Below, one piece after another: positions 26,254 to 34,303 of a stretch of DNA of 43,392 bases; within the stretch, counting starts at the first letter, position 1, and every line of letters begins with the position of its first letter. The translations under genes and the position numbers were made by a program. Origin of the DNA: Candidatus Eiseniibacteriota bacterium (GTDB lineage: Bacteria; Eisenbacteria; RBG-16-71-46; DASYSL01); the NCBI GenBank assembly GCA_046598045.1, contig JBKJJJ010000085.1, positions 1 through 43,392 on the forward strand, read 5' to 3'. The notes under the pieces are model-generated. The model was given only the letters and a program-made list of their open reading frames with translations, was not told the DNA's origin and ran no database searches.

Positions 26254-28083
26254 TCAGCGCACGAGCGCGAGCTTGACCGTGCGCCCCGCGCCGAGCGCGT
26301 CGAGCCGCACCAGGTAGAGCCCGCCGGGCACGATGCGCCCGGCGTCGTCCCGTCCATCCCAGCGCGCGACATGCGGGCCCGCGGCAGTGAAGCCGCGCGC
26401 GAGCGTCGCGACCTTTCGCCCGCCGGCGTCGTACACGCTCAGAAGCGCCTCGCCGGGCACCGGCAGCGCGAACGCGATCGTGGCCGAGCCGCCCCGCACC
26501 AGCGGATTCGGCGCCGGCGCGGACAGGTGCACGCGCGCCGCGAGCACCGCGGGCGGCACGTCGATCGTGCCCGACCCGTTGACCGAGACCTGGATCGTGC
26601 CGTTGAGCGGCGCCACGAAGTCGACGTCGACGTCGTGCATCCCGTCGTGATCGAACTCCTGCGCGATCGTGCCGTTCGTGGCCGTGTAGGTGGCGAAGCC
26701 CGGCTGCATGTGGAACACGGCGCGCGCGTGCTCCCATGCCTCGCCGTAGCGGTTGATCACGGTGGTGGTGATGCTCGCCGCCGTGCCGTTGTTCGGCGCG
26801 TTCCACGACATCGAGAGCGAGTCGAGCGGCGTGCTCGCCGTGCCGCCCGCGTGGTGCATCGGCCCGGGCGTGATCACGCCGTTCGACACGCGGAAGATGC
26901 GGAACGTGCGCTTGCCGTCGATCACCGCTTGCAGCCCGAGGTTGAACGGTTGCGCGGTGCGATTGCCCTCGGCGACGCCGTGGTTGTGGCCCCAGATCGC
27001 GCCGTCGACGCCGAGCGCCGCCGGGTTGATCTGCGAGAAGTTCGCGCCCGGCCCGCCGCCCGACACCGTGCCGCCGAAGTCGTAGTGATAGAACAGCAGC
27101 TTGTGCCGTCCCGCCGGCACCGCGGCCAGGTGCGCCGACAGCCAGCTCATCTGCTCCGGGGTAAAGCTCTGGGCGCCGTAGGTGCCGGTGCGGAAGGCGT
27201 CGTAGCCGCCGTTGTTGATGTACGTCTCGAGCCCCACGCAGTGCAACACCCCGTAGTCGAACGCGAAGTTCTGCGAGTGTCCCGGGTCGCCGGCGGGCGG
27301 GCTGTCGAGGAACGGCCAGCCGAAGATCTTCCACCAGTTGCGCCGCGCCGTGCCGTCGGGCGGCGCGGTCTGCTGCCAGCCGCCGATGTCGTGATTGCCC
27401 GAGACCACGAAGATCGGGTCGCGCAGTCGCGACAGCGCCGCCTGCGCGCGGCTCATCTCGAACATCGCGAGATAGTCTTCGAGCTCGCCCTCGTTGACCA
27501 GGTCGCCAGTGTGGAGGATGAACTCGGGGTGGATCAGGTTCAGGTCCTCGGCGACCGCGTTGAAGTCGGGGAAGCCCGACGTGTCCGCGGTCGAAAACGA
27601 GCCGCCCGTCGGCGTCGAGAACGTGTGCTCGGGCAGGTGCGTGTCGGAGATCTGCGCGAAATAGTAATCGGTCTTGAACGCGGGCAGCACCTTGACCGAG
27701 TGCCGGCTCGTGTCGGGCGGCGTCAGGCTCGATTGCACGACCAGGTTGTAGGTCTCCTCGGGCACGCCCGACGGCACCACGAAACCGAGTTCCCAGCGCG
27801 CGCGACTCGCATCGTAGCTGCCGCCCGCCGGGACGAGCGGAACCGAGTACCCGCCGTAGGCGAGCGCCGCGCTCCAGCCGGACGCCGCGACCGGCGCGTT
27901 CGCCCACACCGCGAGCGTGTCGCCGGGCCGCACCAGCGCGGGCAGGTTCGGGAGCGGCTTCCATACGGTGGTCAGCGTGTCGCCCCACGTCCACGGTGTG
28001 GCATGGGCGGGGGAGGACAGGAGCAGGAGGCCGAGGGCCGCCAGCAGGGCTCGAAGGGTCGGGGCAAGGCGTGGGGAGCGCAT
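26254..28083 (-). CDS. Secreted calcineurin-like metallophosphoesterase with C-terminal FlgD-Ig/T9SS-like domain (start 28083 or 28092)
   Basis: Signal peptide (…PAHA); SDTH, TGDLV, GNHD, FYH and GHNH motifs; C-terminal PNP...IAFALP...VYDAGGRKVATL...WDGRDDAG..V.GGLYLVRL. Confidence 0.9.
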   Translation of the reverse strand: MRSPRLAPTLRALLAALGLLLLSSPAHATPWTWGDTLTTVWKPLPNLPALVRPGDTLAVWANAPVAASGWSAALAYGGYSVPLVPAGGSYDASRARWELGFVVPSGVPEETYNLVVQSSLTPPDTSRHSVKVLPAFKTDYYFAQISDTHLPEHTFSTPTGGSFSTADTSGFPDFNAVAEDLNLIHPEFILHTGDLVNEGELEDYLAMFEMSRAQAALSRLRDPIFVVSGNHDIGGWQQTAPPDGTARRNWWKIFGWPFLDSPPAGDPGHSQNFAFDYGVLHCVGLETYINNGGYDAFRTGTYGAQSFTPEQMSWLSAHLAAVPAGRHKLLFYHYDFGGTVSGGGPGANFSQINPAALGVDGAIWGHNHGVAEGNRTAQPFNLGLQAVIDGKRTFRIFRVSNGVITPGPMHHAGGTASTPLDSLSMSWNAPNNGTAASITTTVINRYGEAWEHARAVFHMQPGFATYTATNGTIAQEFDHDGMHDVDVDFVAPLNGTIQVSVNGSGTIDVPPAVLAARVHLSAPAPNPLVRGGSATIAFALPVPGEALLSVYDAGGRKVATLARGFTAAGPHVARWDGRDDAGRIVPGGLYLVRLDALGAGRTVKLALVR

Positions 28084-28224
28084 GTGGACCATGATAGCAG
28101 GGGCGCCCCCTCGCCGCCGACCGCACGATCGGGTGGCGGCGTTGGGCGCCGTTCAGACTATGCTCCTAGCGTGGGTTTCGGACTCGCTGCCCCGCCGCAC
28201 TGGATCCAACTCCGAGAGGCCTCC

Positions 28225-28908
28225 ATGAGCCCGTTCATGACCCGTTGCAGGGTGCCCTTGCTGGTGTCGATGGCGCTCGCGCTGTTGGCCGTCTTCCCGT
28301 CTCCCGGCCGGGGAGCGGCGGTGAACGGACCCGCGGCTGCCTCCTGCCGACCGCTCACGGCGGCTTTCATGGAGCAACTCGAGCCGGTGGTCGAGGCCAT
28401 GATCGACGGCCATCCTGCCGCCCAGCCGGCCGCCGCGGCGCGGGCGACGCGCTGGTGGAAGCTCCACCGGGACCGGATGCCGATGAACCGGGGCGTGGAC
28501 TCGCTGATGACCGCCATGGCGCGGGCGAGGCGCGCCCGGGGCTCCCTGCCCGTGGCACGTCTCGCGCTCGAAGCCTTGCTGGCCGCGATCCGGGCTTGTC
28601 CGGACGACGGCGTCGATCGCCAGGTAATGCTGCTCGACGCGGCCGGGATGGCCTCGTGGCTGACCTCGCAGGCCGAGCCCACCGTGCCCCCGGGCGAGGT
28701 CATGGGCGCTGCCGGGGACATCTCCGCGCGCCTGCTCGCGTCCGGCCACCCGGCACTCGCGCGGCGCGTTCACCCCATCGTCGGCTCCGCGCTCGGGACG
28801 CACGCCAGCGCGCTCGCCGCGCGCCGGGACGCGCTCACCCTGCTCGACTTCGTCGACGAGGTCGAACTCGCGCTCGCACGCCCGGTCCATGCCCGGAGAA
28901 AGGCCTGA
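28225..28908 (+). CDS. Hypothetical exported helical protein
   Basis: GAGG and ATG 28225; signal-like N-terminus; its TGA abuts the GTG of the response regulator. Confidence 0.65.
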   Translation: MSPFMTRCRVPLLVSMALALLAVFPSPGRGAAVNGPAAASCRPLTAAFMEQLEPVVEAMIDGHPAAQPAAAARATRWWKLHRDRMPMNRGVDSLMTAMARARRARGSLPVARLALEALLAAIRACPDDGVDRQVMLLDAAGMASWLTSQAEPTVPPGEVMGAAGDISARLLASGHPALARRVHPIVGSALGTHASALAARRDALTLLDFVDEVELALARPVHARRKA

Positions 28909-29583
28909 GTGCGCGCCCTCCTGGTCGAGGACAGCGGACCCACGCGCGACCTGATCACGCGCTCGCTGGAGGACGCCGGCATCGTGGTCACGTCGGCCGC
29001 GCGACTGGCGACGGCGCTCCGGCGCGCCATGAGCGAGCCGGTGGAAGTGATCGTGCTCGACCTCATGCTGCCGGATGGCGACGGGCTCGACCTGTGTCGG
29101 CAATTGCGCGCGGCCGGGAACAGCACGCCGATCCTCTGCCTGACCGCGCGCGCCGAAGTGGCCGACCGCGTGCTGGGCCTCGAGGCGGGCGCAGACGACT
29201 ATCTCAAGAAGCCGTTTGCCGTCGCGGAGCTGGTGGCGCGCGTGCGGGCGCTCGCCCGACGCGGCGGGCAACCCGCACCGAACCGGATGTGTGCCGGGAC
29301 CACGGACCTGGATTTCACGGCCCGGCGCTGCGTGATCGCCGGCGTCGAGGTCTTCCTGACCACGCGCGAGTGGCTGGTGCTCGGCTTCCTCGCCGCGCGT
29401 GCGGGGCGGGTGGCGAGCCGGGAGGACCTGCTCGAGACGATCTGGTCCGAGGCGGGCAAGTCCTCCTCCAACAGCCTCGACGTCATCGTCGGCCGGCTGC
29501 GCCGCAAGATCGTCGGGCCCGGGACGCATTGCGCGATTCGAACCATCCGCGGTGAGGGCTTCGTCTTCGAGCTGATCCCGTGA
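28909..29583 (+). CDS. OmpR/PhoB-family response regulator
   Basis: LLVED, VLDLMLPDGDG, LTAR, GADDYLKKPF and winged-helix LTTRE...IRTIRGEGF. Confidence 0.93.
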   Translation: MRALLVEDSGPTRDLITRSLEDAGIVVTSAARLATALRRAMSEPVEVIVLDLMLPDGDGLDLCRQLRAAGNSTPILCLTARAEVADRVLGLEAGADDYLKKPFAVAELVARVRALARRGGQPAPNRMCAGTTDLDFTARRCVIAGVEVFLTTREWLVLGFLAARAGRVASREDLLETIWSEAGKSSSNSLDVIVGRLRRKIVGPGTHCAIRTIRGEGFVFELIP

Positions 29584-30908
29584 GACCGCGCAGCCTGGTC
29601 GGCCGGTTGACCCTGTTGCAAGTGACGCTCGCCGGCAGCTCGGTCCTGGTGTTCGCAGCCTCGGCGCTCTTGCTCTCGGAGCGAGCGCTCGAGCGCCAAC
29701 AGCGAACGCTGCTCTCGAACACGGCACACCAACTGGCGAACGGATTGACCCAGGAGTGGCGCGAGGAGCCCGACCTCGCCCACGCCGCGAAGAGTCTCAT
29801 CGAGGAAAGCGCGCCCGTGGGCGTCCGCGTCGAGGTGCAGGACTCCCTGCGCCGGACGGTGCTCGTGAGTGGCGCCGCCGCAGGAAGGGACGCCTCGCAC
29901 CTGGACACGGCCGATGCAACGGTGCCCGGCGGCGCGTGGATCGTGGTCTCCGCCTCCCGCGGCCCGCGCGAGCGCGCGCTCTCGACCATGCTGGTCGCGT
30001 TCGGGCTTTCCGCGCTGCCGCTCTTCGCGCTGCTCGTGTTCGCCAGCCGGGGCATCGCGCGGCGCATGCTGGCGCCGCTCTCGCGGCTCGCCGCCGTCGC
30101 CGGGAGCGAGGACGCGCTCGGGCCGGAGCCGCCATTCGGCGCGGACTCCGATCCGACCGAGGTGCGCGTGGTGGCCGACGCGTTCCAACGGCTGGTGGCG
30201 CGCCTGCGCGCCATGGTGCGCGCCGAGCAACGCTTCGCCGAGGACGCCGCGCACGAGTTGCGGACGCCGCTCACCGTCGTGACCGGGGAGGTCGAGCGCG
30301 CGCTGGCGGACCCGGCGCTCTCACCCCGTGCGCGCGACAGCCTGCTGCGGGGCTTCGAGCAGGCCCGCGCGATGAACCATCTCGTGGACGCGCTGCTCCT
30401 GTTGAGGCGCGCGGATCGCGAGGGCCGCGCGCCGTTCGATCCCCACGTGCCGGTCAACCTGTGCGACGTCCTGCGCGACACGCTCGAGGAGGCGCTCGAG
30501 CGCCGCCCGGATCGGCGCGCGGACTGCCGCCTCGAGACGCCGGACGAGATCCTCGTCGCCGGGAATCCCGCCCTCTTGCACGCTGCGATCGAGAACCTGC
30601 TGTCGAATGCGCTCAAGTTCACGCGCCCCGGCGAACTCGTCACGGCCCGGGTCGAGGAGGGCGAGGGGCGATGTCGCGTGGTCGTCGAGGACGCCGGGCC
30701 CGGGATTCCGGAGGCCGATCGCGAGCGCATTTTCGACGCTTTCTACCGGGGCGGCGATGCGCGCGCCGAGCACACCGGGTCGGGCCTCGGGCTTCCCATC
30801 CTGCGGCGCGTCGCCCGCGCCCACCGCGGCGACGTGGTGGTGGGGGCCTCGAGCCTCGGCGGGGCACGCTTCGAGCTCGAGCTCCCCGGATGGTCGGCCC
30901 GGAGTTGA
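29580..30908 (+). CDS. Membrane sensor histidine kinase (HAMP, HisKA, HATPase)
   Basis: Two TM segments; AAHELRTPL, NLLSNALKF, EDAGPGI, IFDAFYRG and GSGLGL; GTGA overlap with the regulator. Confidence 0.93.
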   Translation: MRPRSLVGRLTLLQVTLAGSSVLVFAASALLLSERALERQQRTLLSNTAHQLANGLTQEWREEPDLAHAAKSLIEESAPVGVRVEVQDSLRRTVLVSGAAAGRDASHLDTADATVPGGAWIVVSASRGPRERALSTMLVAFGLSALPLFALLVFASRGIARRMLAPLSRLAAVAGSEDALGPEPPFGADSDPTEVRVVADAFQRLVARLRAMVRAEQRFAEDAAHELRTPLTVVTGEVERALADPALSPRARDSLLRGFEQARAMNHLVDALLLLRRADREGRAPFDPHVPVNLCDVLRDTLEEALERRPDRRADCRLETPDEILVAGNPALLHAAIENLLSNALKFTRPGELVTARVEEGEGRCRVVVEDAGPGIPEADRERIFDAFYRGGDARAEHTGSGLGLPILRRVARAHRGDVVVGASSLGGARFELELPGWSARS

Positions 30909-31050
30909 GCCGCAGACAGTCTGTTCAGGCCCCATTCAGCCGCCTGCGTCATGACTGGATCCCCACGCGGCCCACGGTCGTATTGCCGGGGTGACGCCGC
31001 GAGCCTCGAACCGGGGTTCCGCCCTGCATGGCCCTTTGAAAGGAGCCCTC

Positions 31051-31848
31051 ATGTTCATGCCTATCCGCGCGCGCATCGGTCTCACGATCGCGCTCTGCGC
31101 GCTTTGCGCCGCGCCCGCTTCGGCCGGCCAGCCGCTCGAGACCGAGACCGCCCGCATGCTCCCGCGCGGAGCGTTCGAGTTCGAGGCGGGCTTCGAGCGC
31201 CAGACTTCGAGCGGGGGAACCGAGTCGGCCATACCGCTCGCGCTCGAATACGGCTTGAGCAACCGCTTCTCGCTCCTGATCGAGCCCGTGCCGTGGACAA
31301 GGATTCACGACAACGGGATCGGCACCGCCACGGGGATCGGCGACATCGAGATGACACTGACCACGCTGCTCGCGCGCGAGGCGGCCGGCCGGCCCGCGTT
31401 CGCGCTCGGCACCGAGGTGAAGATTCCGACCTCGAAGAACATCCGGATCGGCTCGGGCAAGACCGACGTCGCGTTCTACCTGATCGGCAGCAAGCGCTAC
31501 TCGCGCTGGGACACGCACGCGAACCTGAGCTACACCATCGTCGGCAAGCCCGCGGGCGTGGCGGTGAAGAACGTCGGCGGTTTCGCGCTTGCCGGCGAGT
31601 ACAAGGCCTCCCCGCGCGTCGACCTCGTGTCGGAGGTGTTCGGCAGCACGGCTGCGCGCAGCGACTCGACCGAGAACCAGCCCGTGACCCCGGGAAGCGC
31701 GCTCACGCCCGAGATCGGCGGCAGCGAACTGGTGGGGACGCTCGGCGTGCGGTTTCATCCGGCGGGGTCGCTCACGTGGTCGCTCGGAGTCAGCTACGAC
31801 AGCAACCAGGCGCTGCTGCTCCACCCCGGGATCAGCGCGCGCTGGTGA
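31051..31848 (+). CDS. Probable outer-membrane beta-barrel protein (MetA-pathway/'transporter'-like)
   Basis: AAAGGAG RBS; signal peptide; QPLETETAR, LEYGLS, GIGDI and KIPT...IGSGKTD; alternating beta-strand pattern; terminal aromatic residue (W). Confidence 0.72.
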   Translation: MFMPIRARIGLTIALCALCAAPASAGQPLETETARMLPRGAFEFEAGFERQTSSGGTESAIPLALEYGLSNRFSLLIEPVPWTRIHDNGIGTATGIGDIEMTLTTLLAREAAGRPAFALGTEVKIPTSKNIRIGSGKTDVAFYLIGSKRYSRWDTHANLSYTIVGKPAGVAVKNVGGFALAGEYKASPRVDLVSEVFGSTAARSDSTENQPVTPGSALTPEIGGSELVGTLGVRFHPAGSLTWSLGVSYDSNQALLLHPGISARW

Positions 31849-31854
31849 TCCGGC

Positions 31855-32943
31855 TCACCGCATTCCCCGCGGCGGCCGGTCGCGCACGGACTTCGTGATC
31901 GCCTTCCAGCGCGCGCGCTCCACCGATTGCAGCCGCTTATCGTGGCGTGCGGCAAACGCGCGCGCCTCGCGCTGCAGCTTGCGCCAGCTCGCGTAGCGCT
32001 CCTGTGGCAGCGTCCCGTCGGCGAGCGCCGCCTGCACCGCGCAGCCGGGCTCACTCCCGTGCGCGCAGTCGCCGAACCGGCAAGTCGCCGCCAGCGTCTC
32101 GAGGTCGCCGAACGTCGCCGACACGCCCTCATCGCCGCCCCACAGCGCGAGCTCGCGCATGCCCGGGGTGTCGATCAACCACGCGCCGCCCTCGAGCCGC
32201 ACCAGCTCGCGGTGCGTCGTGGTGTGGCGGCCGCGGTGGTCGGTTTCGCGCACGGCCCCGGTGGCCTGGCGCGCCTCACCCGCGAGCGCGTTGACGAGCG
32301 TCGACTTGCCGACGCCCGACGAACCGAGCAGCGCGACCGTCTGCCCGCGCCCGAGGTGCGCGCGCAGCGGCTCGAGGCCGTCGCCCGCGAGCGCACTCAC
32401 GGCGTGCACCGGCGCGCCGCCCGCGATCTCCTCGACCTCGGTGAGGCGCACCGCGAACTGCGCCGGGTTCGCGGCGAGCAGCACGTCGGCCTTGTTGAGC
32501 ACGACGACCGGCGCTGCGCCGCTCTCCCGCGCGGCCACGAGGTAGCGCTCGATGCGCCGCGGGTTGAAGTCGCCGTCGAGCCCGCCGACGAGGAACACGG
32601 TGTCCACGTTCGCCGCCACGACCTGCTCGACAGTCTCGCGGCCCGGCGCTGTGCGCGCGAAGACGGTCCGGCGCGGCAGCACCGCGTGGATGATCGCCGT
32701 GCCGCCCTCGGGCGGCGCAATCGCGACCCAGTCGCCGACGGCGGGGAAGTCGCCGGCGCCGAGCGCCTCGTGACGCAGGCGTCCGCTCACCTCGGCGCGC
32801 ACCGGCGGCGCGTCGGGCTCGAGGAGCACCTGGTAGAGCGTCTTGTCCGCACGGGCGACCCGCGCGGGGATGCGATCCTGCTGCTGGTGGGGCGTGAAGC
32901 TCGACGCCAACGCGTCGGTGAATCCGAGGTCATGCAGGTTCAT
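31855..32943 (-). CDS. rsgA: Ribosome small subunit-dependent GTPase A
   Basis: PAVGDWV, ANVD, NKAD (G4), GSSGVGKST (G1), GRHTTT, DTPG (G3) in circularly permuted order; CRFGDCAHGSEPGC zinc site; AGGAG RBS. Confidence 0.95.
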   Translation of the reverse strand: MNLHDLGFTDALASSFTPHQQQDRIPARVARADKTLYQVLLEPDAPPVRAEVSGRLRHEALGAGDFPAVGDWVAIAPPEGGTAIIHAVLPRRTVFARTAPGRETVEQVVAANVDTVFLVGGLDGDFNPRRIERYLVAARESGAAPVVVLNKADVLLAANPAQFAVRLTEVEEIAGGAPVHAVSALAGDGLEPLRAHLGRGQTVALLGSSGVGKSTLVNALAGEARQATGAVRETDHRGRHTTTHRELVRLEGGAWLIDTPGMRELALWGGDEGVSATFGDLETLAATCRFGDCAHGSEPGCAVQAALADGTLPQERYASWRKLQREARAFAARHDKRLQSVERARWKAITKSVRDRPPRGMR

Positions 32944-32978
32944 GGTGAAGCGATCTCCTGCGGCGGCGCCGCGCGTGG

Positions 32979-33016
32979 AAAAGAAAATCGGCCGCTCCCC
33001 GTGGGAAGCGGCCGAT
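32979..33016 (-). terminator. Intrinsic terminator inside the rsgA 5' leader (attenuator)
   Basis: Minus-strand AUCGGCCGCUUCC-CACG-GGGAGCGGCCGAU followed by UUUCUUUU. The 13-bp stem has one imperfect pair that is G-U only on the minus strand. It ends 35 nt before the rsgA ATG. Confidence 0.82.
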
Positions 33017-33044
33017 GTTCCGCGCGACGTGGCGCAGGCGATCT

Positions 33045-33104
33045 CTAGCGGCGGGCGTTCCCGGGGTAGGTCGTCGTGGGCAGGTGGGCCGAGGGGGCAG
33101 TCAT
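33045..33104 (-). CDS. Putative rsgA leader peptide MTAPSAHLPTTTYPGNARR (19 aa)
   Basis: AAGGAG (33120-33115), 10 nt, ATG 33104 ... TAG 33047-33045. It sits between the promoter and the terminator and is below the ORF-track length cutoff. Confidence 0.65.
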   Translation of the reverse strand: MTAPSAHLPTTTYPGNARR

Positions 33105-33168
33105 GGCGTTGGTGCTCCTTTCCGACGATCGAGTGGGTTACGCGCTGCGGGTCGTTCGAACAGGGGAA

Positions 33169-33198
33169 AGCCTACGGCAGGGGCGGGGGCGGGGTCAA
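33169..33198 (-). promoter_or_regulatory. Sigma70-type promoter of the leader-rsgA transcript
   Basis: Minus strand TTGACC-N18-TAGGCT. Confidence 0.65.
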
Positions 33199-33221
33199 GC
33201 CCGTCTGACCCGCCCCGCGCG

Positions 33222-33250
33222 TTGACATTCGCCGGACACAATGTGAGGCT
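33222..33250 (+). promoter_or_regulatory. Possible promoter of the SDR gene
   Basis: TTGACA-N17-GAGGCT (preceded by TGT), 7 nt before GTG 33258. Confidence 0.45.
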
Positions 33251-33257
33251 CCGCCGC

Positions 33258-33959
33258 GTGTCCCCACCCCGCATTGCCCTCGTCACCGGCGGCGCCGCCG
33301 GCATCGGGCTCGAGACCTGCGCCGGCCTCGCGCGCCTGGGCTACGACGTCATCCTGACGGCCCGCACGCACGAGCGCGCGCAGCGCGCGGCGCAAGGCCT
33401 CGGCGTCCGCGCGGAGGCGCTGGACGTCGCCGACCCCGAGGCCGCGGCGGCATGCGCACAGCGCCTCGCAGAAATCGGCATTCACGTCGACGTGCTGGTC
33501 AACAACGCGGCGATCTATCCCGACAAGGCGCGGCGCGCGCACGGCGTTCTCGACAGCCCGCCCGAAGAGTGGCGCGCGCAGGTCGAGACCAACTTCCTCG
33601 GCGCGCTGTGGACATGCCGCGCGTTCGTGCCCGGCATGGTCGAGCGCGGTTTCGGGCGGGTGGTCAACGTCTCCTCGGACTACGGGTCCTACGGGCTCGG
33701 GCTCGAGGGGCCGGCCCCGTACTCGGTGTCGAAGGCGGCGCTCAACGCGCTCACGATCAAGCTCGCGGCCGAGGTGCGGGGTGCGACGGACCTCAAGGTC
33801 AACGCGGTGCACCCGGGGTGGGTGCGCACGGCGATGGGCGGGCCGGGCGCGGACCGAAGCCTCGAACAGGGCGCGGCCACCGCGCTGTGGCTGGCGACGT
33901 TGCCCGCGAGCGGTCCCTCGGGCGGGTTCTTCCACGATCGGGAGCCGTTCCCGTGGTAG
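33258..33959 (+). CDS. Short-chain dehydrogenase/reductase (carbonyl reductase-like)
   Basis: TGGAAGIG, LVNNAA, VNVSS, YSVSK (YxxxK) and VHPGWVRTAMGG. Confidence 0.92.
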   Translation: MSPPRIALVTGGAAGIGLETCAGLARLGYDVILTARTHERAQRAAQGLGVRAEALDVADPEAAAACAQRLAEIGIHVDVLVNNAAIYPDKARRAHGVLDSPPEEWRAQVETNFLGALWTCRAFVPGMVERGFGRVVNVSSDYGSYGLGLEGPAPYSVSKAALNALTIKLAAEVRGATDLKVNAVHPGWVRTAMGGPGADRSLEQGAATALWLATLPASGPSGGFFHDREPFPW

Positions 33960-34039
33960 ATTGAGAGCGGGCCTCCGAAGACCTCCTCTCGGCGGTTGTC
34001 CTCCATTCTGGACCAGGATCCGAACGAGAGCAGGCTTCG

Positions 34040-34303
34040 ATGGCAGCGAGCAAGCGCCCGTCCTTCCTCAAACGGCAGAAAGAACAGCAGCGCCTCCAGC
34101 GCGCCGCGCAGAAGCGCGAGACGCGCCTGACGCGCAAGCACAACCGCGGCACCGAGATCGATCCTTCCGATCTGCCCGAGACCGCCGACGAAGCCGCAGC
34201 CGACTCGGCCATCGGGACCCCCGAGCCGGCCGAGCCCGAGCTCGCAGTCGCCGAGCAGCGCGCCGGGAACGAGACCATCGACCCGAAGACGTCGTCAGCG
34301 TAG
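34040..34303 (+). CDS. Small hypothetical protein with basic coiled-coil N-terminus and acidic tail
   Basis: MAASKRPSFLKRQKEQQRLQRAAQKRETR... fills the gap between two genes and has coding-like third-position GC. Confidence 0.7.
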   Translation: MAASKRPSFLKRQKEQQRLQRAAQKRETRLTRKHNRGTEIDPSDLPETADEAAADSAIGTPEPAEPELAVAEQRAGNETIDPKTSSA

